Shown: piece by piece, positions 18,365 through 28,004 of the stretch
Layout of the letters: every line of letters begins with the position of its first letter
Position numbering within the stretch: the stretch's first letter is position 1
Virus record (IMG/VR): IMGVR_UViG_3300043786_001086
DNA from: a virus
Lineage: Duplodnaviria > Caudoviricetes
Direction: 5' to 3' (one strand)
Length of the DNA stretch: 64,000 nucleotides
Program-made: the position numbers and the translations under genes
Notes under the pieces: model-generated
What the model was told of the DNA's origin: nothing
The model's database searches: none
Seen by the model: only the letters and a program-made list of their open reading frames with translations

Positions 18365-18759
18365 TGAAACTTTACAATACCTTAAATACTCTTATTTTAG
18401 AAGTGGCATCTATTGATCAGATCACTGATGCCATTAGAAGAAGAAGAGTTTGCGTTATTTATTACAATGGTGATGAACCAGGTGGTAGAGGACTTAGGGT
18501 TATTGAGCCGGTATGTTTTGGTTATAGTAAAAAAGGAAACCCTGTGTTAAGGGCTTGGGATAGAGAGGGGGCGTCTCACAGAGCGTATTTAGGAAAAAAA
18601 CCTTTACCAAGTTGGAGATTTTTTAGAGTCGATAAAATGGAATTTATTAGACCGACACAAGAAACCTTTAACGAACCAAGACCCAACTATAACCCAAATG
18701 GTGACAAAAGCATGGAACGAGTTTTAATAAATGCAAAATTTGATAATGAAACAATTTAA
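18364..18759 (+). CDS. Stand-alone WYL-domain protein
   Basis: IYY......G.RVIEPVCFG......LRAW...WRFFRVDKM matches the WYL (SH3-like) pattern. Confidence 0.7.
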   Translation: MKLYNTLNTLILEVASIDQITDAIRRRRVCVIYYNGDEPGGRGLRVIEPVCFGYSKKGNPVLRAWDREGASHRAYLGKKPLPSWRFFRVDKMEFIRPTQETFNEPRPNYNPNGDKSMERVLINAKFDNETI

Positions 18760-18765
18760 ATATAT

Positions 18766-19389
18766 ATGAATTCAGAAGCAGAACTTTTAGAAAAATTGAT
18801 GATTTCAAAAAAAATCATGGATAAACATAATCAAATTGGTAGAGGTGAAGTCAGAAATACGACAATGAACTCAGAAAGTTTTTCTGCGCCAATGGTAGAG
18901 GAATTTCAAGCGCCACCTGCGAGTTATAATATTCCCCAAGAATTTATGTTAGAACAATCAAAACCAACACCACAAGTCAATTCAAACTTACCGTTTGAAC
19001 AAAAAATTTCTAATTCTAAATTACCCGATGACATTAAAAGATTGATGATGGAACACCCAATTCAACAACCAACTATGGGAATGTCTTCAGGTGCGGTGTT
19101 GAGTGACGAACTTGTAGAAAAAGCATCAAGGTTGATGAATTCAACCCCAAGTAAAAATGGCGTGAATGAATCAAAAAATATCGCTCAAACAAACAGACAA
19201 CAACCAACATCACAATCTATTAATATGGAAGAAATTAAAGATGTCATCAGAGAAACAGTTCAAGAAGTTCTTTATGAAAATGGTCTTTTAGTTGAGTCAA
19301 CAAAAAACTCTTCTGATGTTTTTAAATTTAGAGTCGGTCAACATATATTTGAAGGTAAAGTCACTAAGATAAGAAAGATTAGTAAATAG
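18766..19389 (+). CDS. Hypothetical protein
   Basis: 207-aa ORF, Gln/Pro/Met-rich low-complexity middle. Confidence 0.7.
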   Translation: MNSEAELLEKLMISKKIMDKHNQIGRGEVRNTTMNSESFSAPMVEEFQAPPASYNIPQEFMLEQSKPTPQVNSNLPFEQKISNSKLPDDIKRLMMEHPIQQPTMGMSSGAVLSDELVEKASRLMNSTPSKNGVNESKNIAQTNRQQPTSQSINMEEIKDVIRETVQEVLYENGLLVESTKNSSDVFKFRVGQHIFEGKVTKIRKISK

Positions 19390-19411
19390 TTTTAAATTTA
19401 ATAATGAATGC

Positions 19412-19438
19412 AACCCATCTTAAAAAGGTGGGTTTTTT
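19412..19438 (+). terminator. Intrinsic terminator
   Basis: AACCCATCT-TAAAA-AGGTGGGTT followed by a T-run. Confidence 0.8.
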
Positions 19439-19493
19439 GTTTTATAAAAATTACCTTTTGATAGGACAGGACTATTTATAATAAAATATTATT

Positions 19494-20399
19494 ATGGATA
19501 GTAAAATTGAAAAACAAATTATATCAGAATATAAAAATGGTAAAAGTAATATTGAAATTGTAAAAATTGTTGGTCTATCAAAACCAACAATTCTTAAAGT
19601 CCTAAATAAACATAATCTAATTAGAAAAAGAGATAGGTGTTTAAGTTTAAATATTAAAAAAGATGGGGACAGATATTATGTTTTAAGGAAATGCCCAATG
19701 TGTAAAAATGATGTGAAAACGTCCTCTAAAGATAAAACAATTGCCTGTAGAAATCATTTCAACATAATTAATAGCAATTCATTGTGTAGAATTTGCATGG
19801 GTAAAAATAATACAGGAGAAGGTAACCCGTTTTATGGTAAAAAACACACAAAAAAAACAAAGAAACAAATATCAAAAAATAGGAAAGGTAAAGCAATTGG
19901 GGACAAAAATAGTATGTCTAATATAATATGGAGAAAAAAAGCCAAGGATAATCTAAAAAAAAAGTGGGATAGTGGTGAATTAGATCATCTAAAACCTTTC
20001 TTTTCAGATTTAATGAAAAAAACGATAAGTCAAAAAAAAATTAAATCAGTAGTTAGGTCAAAAAAAGAAACAGAAATTATAGATCAAATTGAAAAAATGG
20101 GGTATTCTACTCAACATTCTTATATGGTTGAGTCAAAAATTTGTGATATTTACATACCTTCTTTAAATTTGATAATAGAATACAACGGAGACTATTGGCA
20201 TTGTAATCCAAAAAAATACGAAGCAAATTATTACAATCAAAAAAAACAGAAATTTGCAAAAGAGTTATGGGAATATGATAAAAATAAAGTTGATTTAATA
20301 TTAAAAAAGGGTTATAATTTAGAAGTGGTATGGGAATCAGATTTAAAAAATGACCATACTATAATAAATAAACTAATAAAAAAATATGACAAAAAATAA
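19494..20399 (+). mobile_element. Free-standing homing endonuclease: HTH, Zn-finger-like CxxC pairs, NUMOD3, C-terminal Vsr/DUF559-like PD-(D/E)xK nuclease
   Basis: CPMC and CRIC; GNPFYGKKHTKKTKKQIS (NUMOD3); DIYIPSLNLIIEYNGDYWH catalytic motif. Stop overlaps the start of the next gene. Confidence 0.8.
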
Positions 20400-21630
20400 C
20401 CCCGTGAATGGTCGTGAGAGAATCAAAATATTGGTTCTCCCAAGTGACAAGTCCGGGGTTGGCTGAGGTAAATTTCGTTCAGTCGACCCCCACATCAAAC
20501 TTCAAAATCTTTATCCCAACGATTTTCATGTTGATATTGATTACGAACCAAGAATCAATGACATCAATTATTGGAAAAATTATCAAATTGTTCATTTCCA
20601 TAGAAGTTTTGGAAACATTGATCAATGTCCTCAAATTATTAAGAGTTTAAAAAGTCTTGGTCTTATTGTAATTGCCGATCTTGATGATTATTGGTTACCA
20701 ACAAAAGAACACCCAATTCATCAATTAATAATTGAAAGTAAGTTAAACACGAAAATTATCGAAAACTTAAAAGTTGCCGATTACGTGACAACAACAACCG
20801 AAATATTTGCAAATGAAATTAGAAAGTTTAATAAAAACGTAATTGTTCTTCCAAACGCAATCGATCCAAAAGAACCCCAATTTAATCAACCAACACCCCC
20901 ATCAGATAAAATTAGAGTTGGGTGGTTAGGAGGATCTTCACACTTACATGACTTGAAGTTATTGGATAACATGGTCAATAAATTAAGTTCTGTTCAAGAC
21001 AAATTACAATACTATGTTTGTGGTTTTGATATTAGAGGAAGTGTTACTGAAATTAACAAACAAACTGGCGAACAAACTCAAAGACCGATCAAACCGCAAG
21101 AAACAGTTTGGGTAAAATATGAACAAATTTTTACAAACAACTACAATATAATTTCACCTGAATATAAAATCTTTTTAGATAAATTTGAAGATAAACCATT
21201 CGAAGGTGTTGAAAAAGAAAATTATGTTAGGGTTTGGACCCGTCCTGTAGATCAATACGCAAGAAACTACTCTAACTTTGATATTTCGTTGGCACCAATT
21301 AAAAACCATATCTTTAATAGAATGAAATCTCAATTAAAAGTTATTGAGGCAGGATTTTACAAAAAAGCTTTAATTGCATCAAATGTGGGCCCATATACTA
21401 TAGATTTGAAACACGCAATTAAGAACGGTCAATTTACAGATGGAAATGCTCTTTTGGTTGATGAAGTTAGAAATCATAGCGATTGGTCAAAATGGATTAA
21501 AAAATTAGTTGATAATCCAAACATGATTACCGATCTTGGTGAAAGACTTTACGAAACCGTAAAAGATAAATATGACCTTAATGTGGTCACTAAAACAAGA
21601 GCAGACTTTTATAAATCTTTAATTAAATAA
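20386..21630 (+). CDS. GT-B (GT4-like) glycosyltransferase with one in-frame TGA at codon 27; recoded or pseudogene
   Basis: ATG 20386: MTKNNPVNGRERIKILVLPSDKSGVG*GKFRSVDPHIKLQ...IADLDDYW...ADYVTTTT, continuous with track ORF 20785..21630 (GWLGGSSHLHDL, DISLAP, FNRMKSQLKVIEAG). Confidence 0.8.
20455..20490 (+). other. GC-rich mRNA hairpin containing the in-frame stop; candidate recoding (bypass) signal
   Basis: GGGGUUGGCUGA pairs fully with UCAGUCGACCCC (12 bp, two G-U), 12-nt loop; UGA at 20464-20466 flanked by Gly codons GGC and GGU. Confidence 0.7.
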
Positions 21631-21632
21631 AA

Positions 21633-22358
21633 ATGATCAATATCCCAATTACAAAAATTTTATTTTTAGACATCGAAACCGTCGGTGGATGTAAGGATTA
21701 TCAAACATGTATAGAATCAAACCCTAAAGTCGCCGATCAGTTCGACAAATATTTTGATTGGTTTTTAAAAAGATTCCCTGAAGATAAAGATTTTTCCAAC
21801 GACAGATCGACGGAAGAATTTATGGATATTATTTTTAGAAAACGAGCAGCTCTTGTTCCTGAGTTTGCAAAAATAGTTTGTGTCTCAATGTCATTTGTTT
21901 TAGATAGTGGTGAAGTTAAACGACAAACTTTTTCTGGTGATAATGAATATGAGTTATTGTTAGAGGTTAGAAATCTTTTAGACCGTTGTCATAAGTTAGA
22001 TTTTTATTTATGCGGTCACAATCTCAAAAATTTTGATATACCAATGATGGCTAAACGAATGATTATTAATGGAATAATGCCATCAAAAATACTTCCGTCT
22101 TATGATACTAAACCGTGGGAGGTAAGGGCGATTGATACAAAGGAAATTTGGCAATATGGTGCATATACCGCAATTGGATCTTTGGATTTGATGTGTGCTT
22201 GTTTGAATATCCCAACACCAAAGGGAGGTGAAGTAAATGGTGGTATGGTTCATGAGGCTTATTGGGGTCATAATAGGCTAGATGAAATTGCAAGATATTG
22301 TGAAAAAGATGTTGATGTATTGGTCGACGCAATAATGAAATTAAAAAGTTTAAAATAA
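21633..22358 (+). CDS. DEDD 3'-5' exonuclease (PolB exonuclease-like, stand-alone)
   Basis: FLDIET (ExoI), GHNLKNFDIP (ExoII), YCEKDV (ExoIII). Confidence 0.9.
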   Translation: MINIPITKILFLDIETVGGCKDYQTCIESNPKVADQFDKYFDWFLKRFPEDKDFSNDRSTEEFMDIIFRKRAALVPEFAKIVCVSMSFVLDSGEVKRQTFSGDNEYELLLEVRNLLDRCHKLDFYLCGHNLKNFDIPMMAKRMIINGIMPSKILPSYDTKPWEVRAIDTKEIWQYGAYTAIGSLDLMCACLNIPTPKGGEVNGGMVHEAYWGHNRLDEIARYCEKDVDVLVDAIMKLKSLK

Positions 22359-22957
22359 TGAAAGAATTTGATGATGATATTGACCCTAAGGAAATGGAAA
22401 GTCTTATGGAATTTATTAACACAATTGACGAAAGTAATGTTAATTATGATAGTTTAATGCAAAATCTATCTTTAGATTTTGAAAACTTAGAAAAAGAAAT
22501 GGAAAATTTTACTCCAAAACTTGACGTAAGTTATAAAAAAACAAAAGACAATACCGCAGACCCAAATTACGCATATGAATCAGATTCTGGATTTGATTTA
22601 TATAGTGTTGAGGATAAATGGATTCATCCGTTCGGTAGAACTCTTATTCCTACAGGTCTTCATATTGATATACCAGATGGGTATGAAATTCAAGTAAGAT
22701 CTAAAAGTGGATTGGCTCTAAAACAAGGACTTATGGTTCTGAACTCACCTGGAACCGTAGATCAAGGTTATTTAGGAGAAATACAAGTTATACTTTTCAA
22801 CACAACTAATGAAAAAATAAAAATTGAAAGTGGTCAAAAAATTGCACAAGCAGTTTTATGTCCTGTTGTTTCAGGTAAGTGGGTTAATTTTATACAAAAA
22901 GATAATTTAGAAAATAAAGACCGAAATGAAAATGGTTTCGGTTCAACTGGCGTATGA
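22358..22957 (+). CDS. dut: dUTPase (trimeric type) with acidic N-terminal extension
   Basis: DSGFDL, RSKSGLAL, NSPGTVDQGYLGEI, KIAQ, DRNENGFGSTG. Confidence 0.95.
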   Translation: MKEFDDDIDPKEMESLMEFINTIDESNVNYDSLMQNLSLDFENLEKEMENFTPKLDVSYKKTKDNTADPNYAYESDSGFDLYSVEDKWIHPFGRTLIPTGLHIDIPDGYEIQVRSKSGLALKQGLMVLNSPGTVDQGYLGEIQVILFNTTNEKIKIESGQKIAQAVLCPVVSGKWVNFIQKDNLENKDRNENGFGSTGV

Positions 22958-24465
22958 TCACAATAATTTACTCAACACATAAAGATCAAGATTATAATAA
23001 AAAATTTCAACAACATTTATTACAAACTGTTGGGTTAAAAGATGTTCAAATCTTAGAATTTGTAAATCATAATCAATATTCGTTATCAGAAGTCTATAAT
23101 AGTGGTATTACTCAATCTAATTATGATATTGTCTGTTGTATTCATAACGACATCAAGTTAGAAAAAAATTGGGGAAAAAAACTTTTACAAGATTTTTCTA
23201 ATAACCCCGAATTCGGTGTAATTGGAAAGGCAGGATCTTGTTACTTTCCAAAATCAGGAGTGTATTGGGAACGAATGCACTACACGATGGTTGGTCAAGT
23301 ATATCATCATCCTGAGGGTCAAAAAAAATGGGTTAATAAGTATTCGACAAAATTACCTTTTTTAATTCCCGTAGTTACGATAGATGGATTATTCATTTCA
23401 TTTGATAAAACAAAAATTAAACATAGGTTTGATGAGACCATCGGTAGATTTCATTTTTATGATCATTTATTTTGTTTGCCAAATTATTTGGATGGAATTA
23501 AAATTGGGGTAACCTCTTCATTTGAAATAACACACGAGTCTGTTGGCCAACCAAATCAAGAATTTTGGGAGAGTAAAGATAAATTTATTGAAAAATGGGG
23601 ACACAAGTTACCGTTAGATCTCAAACCTGACCAAGTTTATATTCCAAAAATTAAAGAAAAACCAATAAAAAATTTTGGCAAAGTTGCCATCATTATACCA
23701 ACCAAAGGTAAATTAGATCTTTTATTCAAGTGCATTAATTCTTTTTATGAATTTTGTGATCCTAATATGTTTGAGATTTTCATTGCAGATACAGGATCAT
23801 TATCAGAAGAAAAAAATTCGATAAAAGAAAAAATTAAAAATTATAATAACATAAATCTTATTGAGTATGATTACTATAATTTTTCCAAAATAAATAATCA
23901 CGTTGTAAAAAACCATATCAGTGATGATTTTGAGTTTTTATTATTTTGTAATAATGATATTGAGATCAAAAGTAATGTTGTTTATGGTATGTTAAAGACA
24001 TTTAAAGAAAATCTAAAAACAGGAACGGTAGGGTGTAGGTTACACTTTTCTAACAACACAGTTCAACACGATGGAATTTCAGTTCTAATGAAAACCTCAT
24101 CAAAAAGTTTTTTAGTTGATCATTTGATGAGAGAAACTTATTATAAATATTCAATAGGAAATACAGAAGTTGGTGGAAATACTGCGGCGCTTATGATGGT
24201 TAGAAAATCTTTATTTTTAAAATTTGAAGGGTTTAATGAAAACTTAAGACACTGTTATGAAGACGCACTTTTTAATTTACAACTTCTAAAAAATGGCTAT
24301 ATTAATTACTGTAATTGTGATTATGTCGCATATCACCATGAATCACAAACAAGAAATACAGAAGATACAAAAAAAGAAATGGCGGAAGACTTTAACCAAA
24401 CTTTATATCCTTTTATAAAAGAAAACTTTGAAAAATTAAAAAAATATATAATTGTAACAAATTAG
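22954..24465 (+). CDS. Two-domain GT-A (GT2-like) glycosyltransferase
   Basis: First domain CCIHNDI...IDGLF...FHFYD; second domain AIIIPT...IADTGS...FCNNDI...YED. Confidence 0.85.
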   Translation: MITIIYSTHKDQDYNKKFQQHLLQTVGLKDVQILEFVNHNQYSLSEVYNSGITQSNYDIVCCIHNDIKLEKNWGKKLLQDFSNNPEFGVIGKAGSCYFPKSGVYWERMHYTMVGQVYHHPEGQKKWVNKYSTKLPFLIPVVTIDGLFISFDKTKIKHRFDETIGRFHFYDHLFCLPNYLDGIKIGVTSSFEITHESVGQPNQEFWESKDKFIEKWGHKLPLDLKPDQVYIPKIKEKPIKNFGKVAIIIPTKGKLDLLFKCINSFYEFCDPNMFEIFIADTGSLSEEKNSIKEKIKNYNNINLIEYDYYNFSKINNHVVKNHISDDFEFLLFCNNDIEIKSNVVYGMLKTFKENLKTGTVGCRLHFSNNTVQHDGISVLMKTSSKSFLVDHLMRETYYKYSIGNTEVGGNTAALMMVRKSLFLKFEGFNENLRHCYEDALFNLQLLKNGYINYCNCDYVAYHHESQTRNTEDTKKEMAEDFNQTLYPFIKENFEKLKKYIIVTN

Positions 24466-24467
24466 AT

Positions 24468-25028
24468 ATGGAATCGATCATTACCTTTATTATCCCTTCG
24501 ATCGCAAGATTAACTTTATTAACCACGATCGAGTCTTTAAAAAAACAATCAAATCCAAATTGGAATGCAATTGTAATTTATGATGGTGTTGATGGACCTA
24601 CTTTTGATGATGAAAGAATTAAAATTATCAAATCAGAAAAAGTTGGTTTAGAAGGCCCAATGAACGGTCAATCTGGTTTGGTTAGAAATATAGGAATTAA
24701 ACAAACTGAAACCGAATGGATAGGTTTTTTAGATGATGACGATACAATTCATCCTGAATATGTCTCAACTTTAGTTGAGAAGTATTTAGATAAAGATTTT
24801 GTGGTATGGAGAATGAAATATCAAAATGGTATTGTGTTACCACCAATTAAACATAATGAATTAACTTTTTCTCGAGTTGGTATTTCTTTTTGTTATAAGA
24901 AATCCTTAGGTGAAATATTATTTGATAATAATAGAGATGGTGAAGATTTTGATTTTTTAATGAAATTACAAAATCTAACAAATAAATGGGTGATTACACC
25001 TGAAGTATATTATAATGTAAGACACTAA
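24468..25028 (+). CDS. GT2-family glycosyltransferase
   Basis: TFIIPS, RNIGI, GFLDDDD, GEDFDF. Confidence 0.85.
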   Translation: MESIITFIIPSIARLTLLTTIESLKKQSNPNWNAIVIYDGVDGPTFDDERIKIIKSEKVGLEGPMNGQSGLVRNIGIKQTETEWIGFLDDDDTIHPEYVSTLVEKYLDKDFVVWRMKYQNGIVLPPIKHNELTFSRVGISFCYKKSLGEILFDNNRDGEDFDFLMKLQNLTNKWVITPEVYYNVRH

Positions 25029-25654
25029 TGGATATAACTAATTTTTTTTCTAAAACATACTGTATTAACTTAGAACGTAGAAAAGACAGATGGAATGAAT
25101 GTTTATTGGAATTTAAAAATAAAGAATTAAATAACATTGAAAGGGTTTCTGCAGTGGACGGAAAAGATTTGATGTTTTTTTCACAAAAAGTTAATTCTTC
25201 TGCATTGGCTCTTATTTTAACTAATGAAAAAATATTTGAAAGTGCGATAGAAAATAATTATGAAACAATTTTAATTTTGGAAGATGATATAGAATTTACA
25301 GATCAAGTAAAAGATATTTCTTCTTTTGTTGAGAAATTACCTGAAAATTGGGACATGATATATTTTGGTGGAAATCACAATACACATGTCGGGCATAAAG
25401 CTCCAGAATCAATCAATGAAAAGGTTGTTAAATTACACCACACTTTTAGCACACATTGTATAGGTATAAATAAAAAGGCTTACCAACCCATATTAGATAG
25501 AATTAGAAAAAGAGATCAACCGTTGGATGTGATTTATAGTGATTTACAAAAAAAACTTAACGTATATTCCTTTGTTCCCGCAATGGCAACACAAAGAGTC
25601 AGTTTTAGTGATATAGAGAATAAAGTTACGGATTATAAATGGTTAATAAAATAA
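25028..25654 (+). CDS. GT25-family glycosyltransferase
   Basis: YCINLERRKDRW, RVSAVDG, ILILEDD, WDMIYFG. Confidence 0.85.
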   Translation: MDITNFFSKTYCINLERRKDRWNECLLEFKNKELNNIERVSAVDGKDLMFFSQKVNSSALALILTNEKIFESAIENNYETILILEDDIEFTDQVKDISSFVEKLPENWDMIYFGGNHNTHVGHKAPESINEKVVKLHHTFSTHCIGINKKAYQPILDRIRKRDQPLDVIYSDLQKKLNVYSFVPAMATQRVSFSDIENKVTDYKWLIK

Positions 25655-25657
25655 CAT

Positions 25658-26314
25658 ATGAATATAGAAAATAAAGTATTAGAGTTATCGAATAATAATA
25701 AGATTGATTATATTTTACATTTGGGGGCCCACACCGGTCATGAGATAGATTTTTACGCAAAATTAAACCCAAAAATTATTTACTGGTTTGAGGCAAATCC
25801 AGAATTGATCGAACAACTAAAATCCAATATATCAAGATATCCTAATATCCAACAAGAAATTTTTCAATATGCGGTTTCATCTCAAAACGCAAAATTAAAA
25901 TTCAACCTGATATATAGTATAGATGGATCGAATACAGGTTGTTCGTCCTTGAAAGAATTAAAACATCATTCTTTACAATACCCTCACATACAAAAAATCA
26001 AAGAAATCGAAGTTGTTTCAGTTAGAATAGATGACTTTTTGAAAGAAAATAATTTAATACAAGATTTCGATTTAATAAACATGGATATACAAGGATCTGA
26101 ATACGATGTATTATCAACAACCAATTTTTTGTTTTCAGAAAAGTTAAAAAATCAAATTTTTATTCTCGAAACAACCAAGGATGAAATGTATGAAGGTCAA
26201 AAATTAGAATCGGACATAATAGATTTGATGAATTCAAAAGGGTTTGAAAAATACCACTATGATACCATGTCACATAATTGGGGGGATACTATGTTTATTA
26301 AAAATAGAATATAA
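25658..26314 (+). CDS. FkbM-family methyltransferase
   Basis: LHLGAHTG, FEANP, RIDDF, NMDIQGSE, YEGQ, WGD. Confidence 0.9.
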   Translation: MNIENKVLELSNNNKIDYILHLGAHTGHEIDFYAKLNPKIIYWFEANPELIEQLKSNISRYPNIQQEIFQYAVSSQNAKLKFNLIYSIDGSNTGCSSLKELKHHSLQYPHIQKIKEIEVVSVRIDDFLKENNLIQDFDLINMDIQGSEYDVLSTTNFLFSEKLKNQIFILETTKDEMYEGQKLESDIIDLMNSKGFEKYHYDTMSHNWGDTMFIKNRI

Positions 26315-26352
26315 GTTCTTTATTTTTAATAAAGTAAAATTATATTTAAAAT

Positions 26353-27180
26353 ATGGAAAAAATGATCTCATCAAACTTATTAGGAGGATTAGGTAATCAA
26401 TTGTTTTCCGCGGCACATGCAATTTCTCAGGGATTAAAACATAATAGAAAAGTTGTTTTTATTCCCAAATCCTTTACACCTGGTCAAGGAAATGGTGCTG
26501 AAAATTATGTGGACAATGTTTTTAGAAATTTAACTTTTGTTGAAAATATAGACGGGTTCACTAAAGTTACAGAAAAATCATTTAGTTATTATGGAGAATC
26601 TCCTTTGGATACAAATACAGTATTTGATGGGTATTATCAAAGCAGTAAAAATTGGTTTGGTTTTGAGGACAAAATAAGAGATAAGTTTCAACCACCGATG
26701 GAATTAGTGGATTATTTTTTAGGAAAATATCCACAATTGAACGATGAAAATACATTATCATTACACGTTAGAAGAAGTGAATATTTGTTGTTTCCTGAAA
26801 TACATCCTACAATTACTAAGGAATATATTAATGAGGCTCTAAATATAATTGGGGAATACACAACTATTTTTATTTTCAGTGATGATCATAAATGGATTAA
26901 AGAAAATTTGAATTTAAAATCGGCAATTTTTGTAAACGAATCAAAAGATTGGGAGGAATTGTATCTTATGAGTTTATGTAAAAATCATATTATATCAAAC
27001 TCAACATTTTCTTGGTGGGGAGTATTTCTTAATAAAAATAAAAATAAAAAAATAGTTTCTCCTTCAGTATGGTTTGGGCCAAAAGGACCAAATCCGATTG
27101 ACATATACGAGTCATATTGGATAAAAATACCATGTAAATGGGTTATTGGAGGTAAAATATTACCAATAAAAAAAATATGA
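26353..27180 (+). CDS. Alpha-1,2-fucosyltransferase-like (GT11)
   Basis: GGLGNQLF, GYYQS, SLHVRRSEY, FSDD..W, IISNSTFSWWG. Confidence 0.9.
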   Translation: MEKMISSNLLGGLGNQLFSAAHAISQGLKHNRKVVFIPKSFTPGQGNGAENYVDNVFRNLTFVENIDGFTKVTEKSFSYYGESPLDTNTVFDGYYQSSKNWFGFEDKIRDKFQPPMELVDYFLGKYPQLNDENTLSLHVRRSEYLLFPEIHPTITKEYINEALNIIGEYTTIFIFSDDHKWIKENLNLKSAIFVNESKDWEELYLMSLCKNHIISNSTFSWWGVFLNKNKNKKIVSPSVWFGPKGPNPIDIYESYWIKIPCKWVIGGKILPIKKI

Positions 27181-28004
27181 ATAAAATTTTTATTAGAAAA
27201 TTTTCTGACTTTTGGGGTGAATTTGATTGTTCCTCAAACAGAAACATACCAAAAAACTTTAAATGGGTTCCACCTAACACTCAAGAAAAATATGAACATA
27301 CAATTTATGTTGATAATTATATCTTAACCAAAGGTAATAATGACCCTTCTAAGAATAAACTTGGATGGTTATTAGAATCCCCTCAGATCAATGAGGGTGT
27401 AATTAGGAATATATTAAAAAATATAAAATATTATAGAGACAATTATAAACATATTTTTACTTGTGTTGATAGTCTTGTTGAAATCGGACATCCTTTTACA
27501 TATACAATATCAAATGCCGCTCCATGGATATTGATGGAAAACAGAAAAATACACCAAAAAACAAAATTAGTTAGTATGATTGCGTCTAACAAAAGTTGGC
27601 TTAGAGGTCATCAAGAAAGATTGTCTTGGGTTAGTAAATTAGAAAGTAAAGTTGACTTATTTGGAACAGGAAGACCAAATCAATTACAAAACAAGGAAGA
27701 TGGGATAAAGGATTATATGTTCTCCGTATCAATCGAAAATGATATTTCTGACACATATTTTACAGAAAAATTAACAGATAATTTTGTTATGGGAACAATC
27801 CCAATATATTACGGATCAAAAAAAGTTGTTGAAAAATATTTTGACTCTAGAGGGGTTATTTTCCTTAATGACGACCCAACTTTGTCAACAATTTCGGAAG
27901 AACTTTATTACGATATGATGCCGTATATCGAAAAAAACTTTGAATTAGCAATGAATTTACCAATTGCTGAAGATTATATTTATGAAAATTATTTGAAAAA
28001 ATGA
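27177..28004 (+). CDS. Alpha-1,3/4-fucosyltransferase-like (GT10)
   Basis: YMFSVSIEN...YFTEKL..NFVMGTIPIYYG alpha-1,3-FucT motif. Confidence 0.75.
   Translation: MNKIFIRKFSDFWGEFDCSSNRNIPKNFKWVPPNTQEKYEHTIYVDNYILTKGNNDPSKNKLGWLLESPQINEGVIRNILKNIKYYRDNYKHIFTCVDSLVEIGHPFTYTISNAAPWILMENRKIHQKTKLVSMIASNKSWLRGHQERLSWVSKLESKVDLFGTGRPNQLQNKEDGIKDYMFSVSIENDISDTYFTEKLTDNFVMGTIPIYYGSKKVVEKYFDSRGVIFLNDDPTLSTISEELYYDMMPYIEKNFELAMNLPIAEDYIYENYLKK

Noticed and set aside
20464-20466. Genome-wide TGA reassignment or selenocysteine as explanation of the in-frame stop
   Set aside because: TGA ends other genes normally (33782, 38609) and no other long ORF is broken by TGA. The hairpin includes the UGA rather than lying 3' of it as a bacterial SECIS does, and the position is not an obvious catalytic Cys. 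Disfavoured, not formally excluded.
19390-20490. Group I intron housing the endonuclease
   Set aside because: No upstream exon: the 100 nt before the endonuclease hold a terminator and promoter motif only, and no P/Q/R/S core is recognisable.
20408-20650. 80-aa +1-frame ORF spanning the stop
   Set aside because: No recognisable motifs, while the frame-0 translation on both sides of the TGA is clearly glycosyltransferase-like. Treated as a shadow ORF; a double frameshift is less parsimonious than a hop.
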